Origin: Phoronis australis
Lineage: Eukaryota; Animalia; Phoronida
Length of the DNA: 64,000 bases
Direction: 5' to 3'
Assembly: GCA_002633005.1 (NCBI GenBank)
Contig: NMRA01000037.1
Coordinates: forward strand, 778,703-842,702
The position numbers were made by a program, and so were the translations under genes. A model generated the notes under the pieces. The model was not told the origin of the DNA, did no database searches, and was given only the letters and a program-made list of their open reading frames with translations. Positions 14,801 through 27,900 of this stretch are shown here, in pieces. How positions within the stretch are numbered: the stretch's first letter is position 1; each line of letters opens with the position of its first letter.

Positions 14801-17800
14801 GCAATTTTTAATTTGGTTTTTGCACTCAACAAAAACTACATTGTTTACAACACCTGTGACGATGTCATGTAAACAAATCACCCCGTGTGTAACAGAGGTT
14901 TTATAACGGTAACGCGTAGGCGAGCTATCTAGTTTTTAGTTTCGAACGTCACTGTGAGACTGAGCCAAGCATTCAGACTCTGCTCTATGAAGATAAGGGT
15001 CCAACGCTAGGATCAGATATCTGGAAACATCCTAATGTATGTAGATATATTTTATTTCTCACGACAACAGAACGAGAAACGCCGAAGCAGGAAGAACGTC
15101 AACGTGTAAATCGCGAAACAATTAACCTGTTTAAACTTTTTTGGCTTTCCAACGTAGACCGGTTCTAAGTGATTAAAATTGATTCCATCTTAAAAAACAG
15201 CACTGCACAGTTCGTCGGAACGTACCAATTTAATTGGACCCAGTCGTCCATCGTAAGACATTATTTATTTGAGACACTCAGAAGGACGTGTTCAGTCTTT
15301 TCCAAGTTTTTTGCTTTCATTTTAGTAGAATTATCGTTAAACGAACTTTTTATGCAAAACTACATAAGTACCTTATGATGCGTTCAACGTGACGTCATTT
15401 TCTTTAATTAAACAGCATTTACTGTAACTTTGTGAAGTTTGATTTTTTAATTTCTTGTGGTGTACCTCAAAGTGGTCATAGACACTAGGTTTCGCATATG
15501 CTGCTACTTGTTACCATGGAGATCTTTAGATTTCATTTTTTGTTAACTTTGAAGAATTGGTAACAAAAATGCAAATGCAAACACTATTAAACGAAATGAT
15601 TATGTGCTATTGTTGTCTGACAACTGATGAAACCCATTCGGTCCTCCAGATTGGTGGAAACAGCAGAAAATGTATCTTAAAGGTGTCGGACACTGAGTTT
15701 GGAAAATAAGATGACTAAAATTCAATTTGATTTTTTTTTTCGTATATTCAAAGCTGCGATTTCTTAAATTTTTAACAAATTGGGGTCCCCAAAAAATCCC
15801 ATCTGCAGTTATTATTAGATCATGCAATGACACGAAGATTTTGGGATTTTTGTACACGTATCAAAAATCATCATTCGATTCGATATGTAAAAGACACACA
15901 ATCGGTTCGATTTGAATTTTACCCAGGGTCCATCAACTTTAACGTGGACTCCAGAAAGACGCAAATGGCGAGTGTCTATATATTGATCATGAGTAGTAAG
16001 ACAGTTTTATTAGTAATCCAAAGCAATGCACTTCGGGAATTCCCAAATCTTACACACGTTTGATAATTGGAGTCATTATCAAATAATATGTAAAGATTGC
16101 TCTCCCGATTCATCGGTGAATAGCTCGTTTGTCAATCACCTAAACACTTTAAATTATTTCCCCCATCAAACGCTAATCAAAACCTAATCGCTGCTATTGA
16201 TTTAACGAGGCCATGATGGATGGCCGTCACAGAGCCTGGACTCTGGTTTCTCCTTATGGTTTTTCTCATGTGGTTCAGACTGCCTCGGGGTAACGGCTGA
16301 TTAACAGGCCTGGATTACGTAACCTCTCTCAGTCAGAGATTTCACGTTTCGTTGGGGATTTGCGTTGGCACCTCTCATCTGGCCGAGGAGATAGAAATGA
16401 CTATCAGCCAAGCTTTCTAATTGTGGGCCATGGGAAAATGGAGTGGCGGAAATCACTTCCCGCATTTTTACGACAGATAGTTCCCTAATGGCTTGTTTGA
16501 TTGACGTGTTGGTTTGAGTGTGTTATCGTCAGGCAGCAGCATTTAGTGACTTTTAGGCGGATGGGAACATAAACGTTGACGTAAACAGTACAAGTCAACA
16601 TGTAAATAGCGAACGAAGTATGTTAAAACCAAATACACTATCACTATATTGACAAGTGTGTTTAAATGTACAAGACTGGTCTATTTCCTTCGAGCTGTGT
16701 TAAGACAGACAGAACCCTCAACCTTTTAAAGTTTTCAAAATAGCCAGAGACAGTAATGGTTTGTTTCCACAAATGCCAACGAAACTCGCTGTGTTAGGAA
16801 ATCAAACATTTCGCCGAGGTCTCAGCTTTCCTCTCAAAGACCGAACAAATAGTCGGTGCTAGCCATGTGGCGGTCCTGCTGGCTTTATATTACAACCAAT
16901 TAAAATTACGAGACGCTTCATGCAGAAAACTATTCCGAGTACATCTATTGAGTTTCGGCTCTAATGGGATGTTTCATCGCCAGCTTTATCACGTTGGTCA
17001 GAAATTAGACATCTTCTTTCATAAATATAGAGTGGTTGTTTTTCATAAAAATGATCAAACTTTTCTGGCAAAAAAATTCTTCTCATTCTTCAAATTCTTT
17101 GGTTTTCAACTTTAAGCTTCGAGTAAAGATTCAAAATTATGTCGAAGAATGATCCACTCGAATGGTTATAATAGTTCGTAATTATAATTTCAAACTGACC
17201 ATTGATTGCTATTCTAATCATATTCGCACACGCTATAGCAGCAAGTGCTGCGCTGCGCATGCCATAAATAACAGACAATTTGTTGACATGTGCAGGCCGC
17301 TTTGTTGAACTAACACCTCAATCACTAACCATGTTCGTTGACATATTAGTAACCAGAGCATGATAAATCGTTTCCGGTGGCCATTTTGGAAATGCGCCTG
17401 GGTTCCTGTTACCTGTTATGATCGACGTCCTTTTGGCTACAAAATCAACACAGAGAACAGGTTTTTGTTCGGAAGCGTTGTAACTTTAAAATGTCACAAA
17501 TCCGGTTTTTGTTGTAGAATATCTTTGTTGACGCATGAATAATATTTTCGAACTCTAAAGCGTGACAGTGAATTATATTGAAAAAACTCTTAGAAAAAGA
17601 AGACTTGAGCGATAGCTCAAATGCAAATTATGCAAACATAGAAGAATGCCAGTTGTGTTACGTCATTTTTCTACTGTGGCACAAAATCATGTTTTTTTGC
17701 TCTGAACAATTGAATCGGATCACTAACGTTCAGTGTTATTTTAGCACACTTTCCTTTGCAAATAGTTTCAAAGATGAAAGCCTTTGACATTTTAACAAGT

Positions 17801-20800
17801 TTTAGTTGCTCTGCGTGGGTAGTCGACCTAACATCAACACTCGTATCTGAAATAAAGCTGTCAGCCAATATTCTTGAAGCAAACAAATCTTACGTGACGT
17901 TTATTCTAAGCCCCTAGAGCAGGGAAAAGTGAGTTCTGTGGCTGTTGTCGCCCGAAGTGAAACTTGCAATCATAAAATCATCAAACGTGTAAATAAGTTG
18001 TCAGAGGTTTTGTGCGGTTTGGAAATATGTCGAGCACATGTCCTCAGCCAGCCGTGTGTCTGACTAGGAGGACGGGCTACGGCATTGATTTGGTCCATCT
18101 GGAGGGATCGCTTACACTTTGTTTAGACAAAAAATACCGGCGTTTATTTTCAATTTTGAAGGAAAACACTAGCTAGCCTTTGATTGGATGTCGTTGATGA
18201 AATAAAGACCTTCTCGACTATAGCGGGTAACAAAGTGTGAACGCGCTATGGCTGAAACGGTCTACACATGGTGTCGATGTGATTTTTAGTATCAATCCCA
18301 TAAAATTAGGTCAGATGGTAATTAATGATCATCACAACATTTAATTACGTTTGAGTCTACTTAATTATCGGCCATAATCAAGGTGAATAGAATTTTGATT
18401 GAAGTGTGAATGAAAAATGCAGGGTATACGAAGTTAATTAAGTTTCCTCTGGTTGACAAACTGGGGAGGACAGTGCTTTAAAACTTGCTTCTCTCGTTTG
18501 GCGGAAGCCTTTTAGATTTTTTAGCTAAAATTTCCCTTCATTTCATCCTTGGCGTAATTTTCGAACTCTCTTGTTTAGCTTTCATTGTAGGAATAACAAT
18601 AGAAATGTGAAAATGAAAATTGTGAAAAAGTGACTGTACTTTTTGGAGATAAATCTCTCATTTTGTGTGAACATTACACGTAGTCATGAAGTTTTACTTT
18701 TGTTTATAACCCTTGGACTATACAGTGTAAATACTAAATAATTTTTTCTTTGCAAAAACGTTCAGTGATTCCTTTTGCCTTCATGCAAATGTGCAAACTT
18801 GTTGAGATCTGAATTTGCGTGATTCCGTTTTTGCCACTCTTAAAATTAACATGTGAACCAAAGATGAAATTTCACTAAAATCAGATGTGGCGTTTTAGAG
18901 CGCTCGAACTTGCCAATTAAAACTGAGTTTGGCTGAAGCGGAAAATTGGAGAACCGCTCGACTATGTTCGCGACACAAAACGTCAAAACTTAAAGCTGTC
19001 ACTTGTGAATTGAATATTGAAAAGCGTGTGAATGAATTAGTGTTTGCAGTATATACTCTACTGATGTCAGTGCGTAATTAAATGTTCCTCATTTTCACCA
19101 GTCTTTTAGTGACACTTCCGGTCGAAAGGTTGTTGCATGTCGTTCAGAATAAATTGAAGATTTTTGAACCCACACCGTTGCGTTTCAAACACTTTTCAAA
19201 TGTTGTCGGCTTCGTCGTACTTGATAGTAGTTTTCGGATGTATTTTTGTATCATTAATTCTGTTTCTATGATTTAAAGAATATTCTTGTCAAAAGTGCCG
19301 AGTTAGTTATGTCTCGATTTCATGTCAGCATATGACGTCAAGCGAATGTCACAAGGGCAGATTTTCATTTCCGGTGTTTTAGTGGAAGTGCTAAAGTACG
19401 TGATTCACATCTAGCACAAAATTTTTATCTGCAGAATTCCTTTTTGTAGATGCGCTACTATGTTCTACATTCATGAATCATTCAATAATGAATGCAAATG
19501 TTGACGAGTTGTCATTACTGTATTTGATTTTTATTTCATGAACAGAAAATATTCTTGTTTACCTGGCAAACAGGTGTGACGATCGGTGTGATAAAGTGAG
19601 CCCGCCAAATTTCGAAAACGTTCCACCAATCTATTAGTTCGACATTTATTTAACCTCGGCGAACCGATTAGCAACTATGGCTGACAAGAGGCAGCCTGTG
19701 TACTACACTACTAATCACGTTGAATTGTAGTAAAAACACACTTATACCTAATTCCTGGTAATTAAATCTAAACAAAACCAGTGATTCGATAAGACGTGAT
19801 ACTGTTTGCTGTTATTGTTCCATTTTCAGCCCGTGGTTTATTCTTTGCGATTTCCAATGATTTTTGGCTTTGTGTACACTCGAACTGCTTTATAGAGTTT
19901 GGTGAATCTGATCGATTCACCGCTGTTGCCACTCATTTCAGATATGACTTGAGTTTTTTACTCTCTCTATGGCCAGTTTCAAGTTGTTGACTGTCTGTAT
20001 ACAGTTATGGAGATTGACATGTAGTTTCTATCTCGCTTTAGGTTTGGTTCCAAAATCGTCGCGCAAAATGGAGAAAGCGCGAAAGATACGGACAGTTACA
20101 AAGCATGCGGGCCATGGCTACCTCACCTGGATATGAAATGCCCATTGCACCTCGACCTGATGCATATTCTCAAGTGAGTCTTATGAAACCAGTGAAATGA
20201 AAACATAATTATAACAAAAATAAAGGGTACAGGAAAGCGGTGGAAGATATCTGATTGATTTAATATTAGCAATACTGCACGCCTGTCACGAACAAAACAT
20301 TTTTGTAATTTACTTAAAGCTGTAATGATGAATCTTGAGTTAGGCCTTTTCCTTAAGTAAAATTGGACTCATGATGTTCCTTAGTACGCTATTTCCGTCC
20401 CCAACTCAAGACGCAGGCGATACATACATGCGCCATTTTCGAATTCGCAATTTAAGGGTTGTCCAACCCCAATAGACTCTGAAGCGTGTTCTTGAGTATC
20501 TGGTGGTTTCTATTTCCTTGTTGTTGGACTACTATACCGGTAATGTCTATTGTGAGACTTAGAGTAAAAGGCCCTATTCGAATTTTATTTTTAGCTAGAT
20601 AACAGGCCGAAATGCAGCTTTAAAAAAGTCGCGTAAAAACATGACAATTCCCATTTCAACGAAAAAAATCTCTGACTCGTGTTCTCTCAGCAGGTGTCCC
20701 TTGGCGTTTCTTTTCGTTAATCAAAACAAGAATAGGAAGATCTTGAACATTTTTTAAAGAGTCTGTTCGCTTTTTTCCGCCGGATGCACATTACGCCCCA

Positions 20801-21686
20801 ACACTGGTCTTCATTACGCTGTGTCGGCGGCCATCTTTTACGAAATAGTTCAAATATACCCCGCCTACTTTGAATACCTAGTCAGTCTGTCTACAATATA
20901 TTGTATTTTAGTCACCACCGCTCTATGCAAAAGTCTCATTTTTTGAAAAAAAAACTTTTTGTTTGCGTGTTGCATCGGAGACATCGAAAACTTTCGGCTA
21001 TAAAACCATTGGCATTGTGTTTAAAATTGTCACCCCAAAACTGTATCTCACTGGTTGACTTTTTATATTCCATCCCCTAGCGATATCTATTTCATTGACT
21101 TGACATTCAATTACGAGATGCCAACTTTTCGAAAACAATTCCAAGGAAACAGTGTGCGCAAGTGTCCGACAAGGACAAAAACTCTCTCAAAAAATGCATT
21201 TCGTCACCATGGGAACAGGGTTTGGCAACTAATTAAAAGTAAGGAGTAGACGTGTGTCATTCAGTGGTTGACAATCTACAGCGTGCTACGACAGTTTGAA
21301 TATTTATTTTCATTTATTTTTTTCAGCAAATGCAGAACATGGCTTGGTCGAACGGAAATCCGATGAATCAACAGTATAATATGAATATGAACATGAATAT
21401 GACGTCATCATCATGCATGTCGCCGCACACCAATATGCCTAATTTTATGGGATTAACACACGTCAGCCAACTGAATAATCCCTTGAACAGCCCTCTGAAT
21501 GGACTCGCTGGCGGACAACCACCAATGGGAATGGGTATGGGTGGTAACATGACCAACCAGGGAATGGACCATATTGGCGAGACGGGGGAAAGAAGGTCAA
21601 ATAGTATAGCATCGCTTAGGTTGAAGGCTCGGGAACATAGCGCTAATTTCGGCAACGTTGGGCTATTCAGCGCGTACGCCAAATGA
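5643..21686 (+). CDS. Alx: Alx (aristaless-like/Cart1 family) PRD-class homeobox transcription factor; exons 5643-5826, 9046-9389, 20042-20173, 21327-21686; 339 aa
   Basis: The spliced homeodomain [47 protein letters not shown]|[18 protein letters not shown] matches the Alx-type sequence ([10 protein letters not shown]50). The post-homeodomain [14 protein letters not shown] resembles the Alx4-type YELP..R...Y.Q motif. OAR motif [17 protein letters not shown] and N-terminal eh1 HSIDDILG are present. All introns are GT-AG with matching phases (1,0,0); total 1020 nt. Confidence 0.93.
9046..9389 (+). CDS. Alx: Alx exon 2 (homeodomain helices 1-2 to Q46)
   Basis: Acceptor tttcag; donor CAA|GTGAGT at the conserved PRD-class intron position between homeodomain codons 46 and 47. 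Confidence 0.95.
20042..20173 (+). CDS. Alx: Alx exon 3 (recognition helix [15 protein letters not shown])
   Basis: Acceptor ctttag; 44 codons; donor CAA|GTGAGT; too short for the ORF track. Confidence 0.95.
21327..21686 (+). CDS. Alx: Alx exon 4 (M/N/G-rich region, OAR motif, stop)
   Basis: Strong acceptor ttttttttcag; [15 protein letters not shown]; TGA at 21684-21686. Confidence 0.93.
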   Translation, partial: QMQNMAWSNGNPMNQQYNMNMNMNMTSSSCMSPHTNMPNFMGLTHVSQLNNPLNSPLNGLAGGQPPMGMGMGGNMTNQGMDHIGETGERRSNSIASLRLKAREHSANFGNVGLFSAYAK

Positions 21687-23554
21687 CTAGAGGATCCCTG
21701 TGCATCGACGGATTGTGTGTAACGTAGTCATTACAATTAACATTAATGTTCCCAAGCTTATACAACCTTGCGAATACTGTACTGGAATGGACAGGGAGAG
21801 TTTATGTCTCATTTGACCTGCGTGTGTTAAATCCACAAAATAACACTATTGATACCTGAAATGTACGGCGTCTATTACGGCCAGTGTCGGTGAGGCCACG
21901 CAAGTCTTGTGATGGCGGCAAGAACCTTCTGAAGGTGTTCCTCTCCAAATCTGTCGAGATACGGAAACCGGAGACCGTGACGCGAAATGTCTTTCAAACA
22001 GTTGGGGAATCCGTAAGTGCTTACACGGTAAAACATGTAAACAATTCGTATGTCGGCCTCGGAGTTTTCTCAGGGATGACAGGAGAAACGGAGACCGCGG
22101 ACAGACAAGATAACGTAAACAAACATAGCGGCGGCATTCTAGTCAGACAGAGTTTCGTATTTTATAACCTCGTGCACCACGTCTTTACTAAGTGTTTCGA
22201 GGTTGCGTGTGAGTACACAAACGCTTTAGTGAACATGGTTTCTGCCGCCGCTATTTCGCTTGGTACTATTAACACTGATTACTGAGATGTGCATGAATTG
22301 TACGTTCCAAGCTTTGAATTGAAATAGGGAATTTACAAGGAGTGTTATGTGAGGAAAATATTTTTGTACAAAAGTTTTGAAATGCGCACATGCACCTTAG
22401 CACTGTATTTGACGAAGCTATTCTTTGTGGAGAATTATTTTAATTAAATTTATTATCCCCAATTTATCTGAAACTGAAATGTGAGTTATCATTTTTATGA
22501 AAATTTGTTTAGCGTCCAGTGGGGTTATGATATTCTTGTGACTTGAAAATGAATGCATCAAAACAAAACTGCATGAATGTTTGTCTTAGGAAATTATGTA
22601 AGATTTGGTAAGAAATTTCAATTTGATGAATCATCAAATAATAGCTAATCTGAAAGCATTTTTACGAAAACGGTTGGCGATTTTCATTTTGTTTACAAAA
22701 TCAGGAGATTGCGGGATTGTCGTAAGATGTTTTGTAATCCGATAATGGATTCGTCTTCTACAGCAAAATGCAGAGATTTTAAGATCAGATTTTGTAAACT
22801 ACCACTGCGACATGTGCTAAACTTGGTTTATAGGAGATTATACGATGACGCAAGTCTAAATTATGCTTCCACAGCACCGTAGGTGACATTTCTATCTCTA
22901 CTGTTACTAAGCAACAGAATTGTCTTTTTTCATTTTGGTTCGTTATCTTCTTAGTTGCACATACACACGCGCGCATCCAGCCTAAAAAATGTGGGGGCTC
23001 GAATTTTGAGTATGTGGACGTTTTACTAAGATTCACGGGGTACGTTCAGAGCTATGGATTGTGCATTCGCCAAATTTTGGTAGTTCCTGCCTTTTTAGTG
23101 GACTTTTGTCTCGTTTTCTACTTTTTTCGGAGCTTTTGTTTCTAGGAGGAGGATCTTTTTGCCTACTTCGCCAAACGAGGGGACTCGTTCGAGCCCTCCC
23201 CCCGCCCCTGCCTGCGCGCGCATGATACACCGAACAGGTTACAGTGCTAAATGTATTTCTGAGCGCACTCATCCCTCCGTTGCACAAATCAAACGCACAA
23301 CTGGAATACTTGACAACTGCCTATAGAATTTTAAATGATATCGAGTGTTCTTCGCTTGAGAGGATTTGTTGACATCATTTTTGAAATATATTAATTTTGT
23401 AAGAGATCTTTACAAGAATCCGTCATAGTTCATTTCGCAAAATTAAGGAAAACAGCGCTCAGCGGAATTTTGAAAAGACGGCAACAAATTTGTGAATCTA
23501 GTGTATATTTGTATATTACTAACTGTTAGGCAGGCTTTATTATAGTTTAATATT

Positions 23555-23600
23555 TGTAAATAAAGAAAAAATATTCATTAAAGTGAGTTTTGTGTTTTCT
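23555..23600 (+). terminator. Probable Alx polyadenylation signal (3' UTR about 1.9 kb)
   Basis: AATAAA at 23559-23564 overlapping a Pumilio-type TGTAAATA (23555-23562), followed by GT/T-rich GTGAGTTTTGTGTTTTCT. Confidence 0.5.
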
Positions 23601-24218
23601 CTTGGCAACCTAAATATATTTTCCCTTCTTCATAAAAGTAAAAGGTGCTATTCCATTGTTAAAAATCCTTCCTATGAACTTTCTCCAGATTTTACCAAAA
23701 GTGTTGGAAAGCTCAACAAACATCCCGCGTCTCTCTCAACAGTTTTAGTTTTGTAAAAATCTAAACAAATGTTTCTCACACCCATCTTTGTCGGATTCCT
23801 AAAACTCTACGTTTTGTTTTCCCCACCTTCCACGCACGATATCTGGGGCAACATACAACTACTTTTGAGTACAATGTGGTTCCCATTAGGCAAGTCTGTG
23901 AGAAAGTTTCTCACAGGAGTTCCGACATGTTTAGATTACGATTGCTACTTTCATCCCGCCAGCAAACCCGTCATGTCCAACGGAGAAAGTGTGACCGCTG
24001 CGTCCGAAACGTCTTGATACCACGATCCACCCTGTTCACGTGCTGGGTTAGAATATATACCAGACGCTCACACAAGAAACATAAATTTATGGCGAATTAA
24101 AAACGCGAGCATTGTTGCTTTGCAAATACGCAATATCTACGCACCTCCATCAGAATACATACAAATACATTACGCAGAGAAAACGCTCCATTTCAGATTG
24201 TAATATAATTTAACCATA

Positions 24219-24911
24219 AGGGGAGGAGGGGAATCAACAATTGGTCAGACTTCAAAACAACTTGTCCGGCCTTCAAACCAGTCGACTGGACTGCAACACC
24301 AAATTCATGGGCGGCGCAGCACTGAAATAAGTGGAAAGCTATAGCCCTTTCAGCCTCCTATGGTGCGCCGCCCATGCAAATGACAGGGATCAAACGTGTT
24401 GTCCGTACTTCAAAATGCGATGGTCTCACCCAAAAACTAGTGGGCTGGACCCAAAACACGATGGTCGGTACGTACTATAATCGATTGGCCGGTGATTTGT
24501 TAGCCCATTGTGTTTGAGCACTGACCAAGCGTTTTAGGTCCGGCAACTAGTTTTTGGGTGCGGCCATCTGGTATTGAGGTATCGGGCATCGCGTTTTGAG
24601 GTCCGACCACCAAGTTAGATCCCCGGCCATTGGGTTTTGCAGTCCAGCCAGCTGGTTTTGAAGTCTGGGTTAGTGGTTTTGAAGTCCGACCAATGCGACT
24701 CGATACTGACGAGGTGGTACTCTGGATTAAAAGTCCTTCTTTTGGACGTTTGAACAGATTGAGAGCAGAAGGTAATCCTTCAGTATGAGGACGTTCGTGT
24801 GATAAGGGACCCACGTGACTAGTCTGAATGCCGGCATTTCAATAATAATGTCCCTTGCTTCACTTACGACACCTAGTGAATTTCGAGTTCCTCATTGTTG
24901 ATTTCCCCCTT
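24219..24911. mobile_element. Non-autonomous foldback/MITE-like element with long imperfect internal inverted arms (24240-24694)
   Basis: ATTGGTCAGACTTCAAAAC at the left is inverted with GTTTTGAAGTCCGACCAAT at the right; outer GGGGAATCAACAAT / ATTGTTGATTTCCCC. Confidence 0.6.
24306..24376. mobile_element. 71-bp mini-MITE nested in the element above
   Basis: Perfect 13-bp TIR CATGGGCGGCGCA / TGCGCCGCCCATG; CAAAT on both flanks; absent from the opposite arm of the host. Confidence 0.7.
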
Positions 24912-27900
24912 GATAACCACATGTTCATTCACAAATGCAAAAAATTGCCTTTAATCCATCGCAGAGAACATCGTTAAGTTCATTACTTCCTGTTATGGAA
25001 CTTGTCTCAAATTGTTCCGGTGACTTCAGAGCTTCAAATCAGCTGACAGTTCGTTATTGCTTCAGACAAGGCTTTATAAGATGGCTCGTCATGACACGTC
25101 ATTTTGTACGCCAAATATGGTCTTGACGAATAACGTATTGTTACAAATACTACCCAAAATTCACTTCTCATCTCAGCGAGAAAAAGTTGAGACCAATTTT
25201 ACAGCGGTAAATGGTCTAAATAAAAATTCGTTTCTTGGACAGAACGTGAGTTTATAGGAGCTTAAAAGGTGCCATCAAATACTCCTCTTACTAGAAGTTA
25301 ATTGTTTATCTTCTCTGTCCTGGTTGGAAAGTGAGATGAGAAAAAGCAAATGAAAACTTAGAAAAGTATTGCGAGTTGTGGTCGTTATAACGTTAAGATA
25401 AGCAAAGATTCCTTCATCATTTGCGTGTTTTGCTTTCATATTGTTTACTGTTTTGTAAAGGGGTAATTTCGTGTTTAGTCACAAGGTCAATCGGTTAGTA
25501 CGCGGTATTTCTTTTACTGTAGTTGCACAAAATGTATTTTACTCATCGCTTGGAAAGTCATCGTGTTTCAAACCTTCTTAACTATTTTTTAAATACCTTT
25601 GTGCAGTCCTTCAAAAAAAAAACAACAAAAACACGGGTCAATTTATGCGTGCGTGCCCAAGTCTGAAAATTGGGGTGAAGACTCGTTTATGAACGAGACC
25701 AAAGACATAAGACAAAGATTTGGCCCGACGTTCCCACTTCGCAATAAAGGAATAAAGGCTTAGCCACGAAGTTGTAAGCTTATCACAGTCTAGAAATAAC
25801 TTACAAAAATTATCTCAGTAGCTAGCATTTTTGTGTATATTCTCAGAGATGTTGCATTTCTGCTCAAGTGATATTTAATTATTTTTCAGAAATGATTATG
25901 TGGAGCGTAAGAACAAATGTCTTACGTCACTTTTCATGAAACAGACCCCGGAACAATGTATGCTTTTTGACCAAACACGTTTTTAGATATGGCTGCTTTC
26001 GGTTGTGCTTTTACCACCAAGTCAAAGTCTATAGTGGACGTCACAAGTCTCTGTGTCATCCAGTTACTCCTTAGACCGATATCTTTAAAAATGAAAAACT
26101 AGGATTTTATTTCCCATGGTTCTATGGTTGCTCAGTCCAATGCACTGACCAATACGTAGCCAATTTCGTTAAGGTCAGTCAAAGGCACGAGATGCGCTTT
26201 CCCTTGATATTTTTGAACGTGACGATTGCTAAAGAACTTTGGCAGCTGAATCGACAAACGAACATGTTTTGTTTCCCGGGGCAGTTCGTTTGTTACACCT
26301 TGCCACTCCATCGCTCCGTACAGCAGGGAGTGAGCTTACGCGTGCTAACTGTTTATCTTAGCTCGGCCTCAGCTGTTGAAAGTGTTGGGTGTATTTTTAT
26401 GCTATCCATCACGGAAAAAACAATAAAAGGTGCGATACCACAAAAATGTATGCTTTATTTTTGGTATTGCCGTCGAGTTTGTGTTCATATCGATTGTTGT
26501 CCTAGAAAAGTTTTCTAATATCTTTTGAGTGCGTTTATGTGCCCCACTGAGTATAGCCTGCTGCGCTTAGTTAAAATGATTGCACTTACGTTTTTGAAAA
26601 CCGCGCTTTGTATTTGTTTTTTATTCTTTCCACTCGCAAACTCAGTAATGGTTAGAAAAATGACGCATGCAGCCGACTATGTCAACCCGTTTGTTCACAT
26701 GTGGAGAAAAAAACAGCTTACGCCACCCATTTGTCCTTTCTGTAACAAAGGCCCGCCTTTTTAGCTCATTTCTCTGTTCGCCGTTTTCCCCTCTAATTAA
26801 GCTACGCCATCTAGTGTGCAATAGAGATAATAGAGACAGACTCCTAAAACCAATCGAAGAATCGGATGATTTATACGCGTAGCTGTGCGCTTAAACAGAA
26901 CTCTAAAGACTTTAAAATACAACTCGTGTGTTAACTATTCGTTTCGACGAGGATTTTTCATTCGATCGCGGTAGCAATTTTTCACCGTGGGAAGGTTCAC
27001 TAATTAACGAGAAATTAGCTCAGCAATTGTACGCTTAATTTAAGCTGGCCAGCCTACGATTTTACACCTGAGTTATTGGCAGACAAATGCCTTGATTAAG
27101 GCTGATTAAAACATTACGAACGATAACCAAATGTTGGGATGAAATTTAATGCGCAAAATGGGGAAATTAAATTCTGCAAGCCACGAGTGCACACACAAAA
27201 ATCGCTGAAAAGAATTTCCGACTTGACGAACGAATTTACCTTGACTGAAAATCCAACATGCTGGGTTGCTAAACGAGTATGAAAATGTATATCAGTGGAT
27301 TATAAAAAATTCATGGAATATAAAAGATAAATTAAAATTAAACAGTTTTTAGACAAAGCTCTGAGATGTGACCGACGAATCCTGTTACGTAATATCACAG
27401 GACATGGAAAGAAGCAAAAGTACAATGAATACTCTGGTCACAACTGTGGTGGTAACGTTAATAAGACACTCTTTCGCCAGCTCTTACATTATACTGCCAT
27501 GCAGAAACGATTGATACGATAAACAGGCAACAATCTTAGCAAAACTGTTTAATTAACGTCATGGTAAATACAGAAAATTAGGGTAGGAATAGCAATATAA
27601 AAATAATTATGATTTCTAGTATTTTTCATTATTTAAAAAGTGTATTATAATAAGCTTCCTCACTGAAAAAGGTAATCGTTCGCCATCACGAGTCCGTGTG
27701 AGTGAAAGAAAACGCAAGTTGAAGACAGATAGCACGGCCAAACGAGACTTCTTGAAAAACGTGGTTATATTTCAACAGGAATCGGTATGTGGAACGGGAA
27801 ATGTTTACAAATGTTCAAAAAACAAACGTTTAATACTCTTCTGACCCTGCCACGCACCGTACTACAGTTCATAAATTGTTTTCTCATCTGACACGGCAGT

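Noticed and set aside
21884-22285. 133-aa ORF downstream of Alx
   Set aside because: GTG start, no recognisable motif, inside the probable 3' UTR
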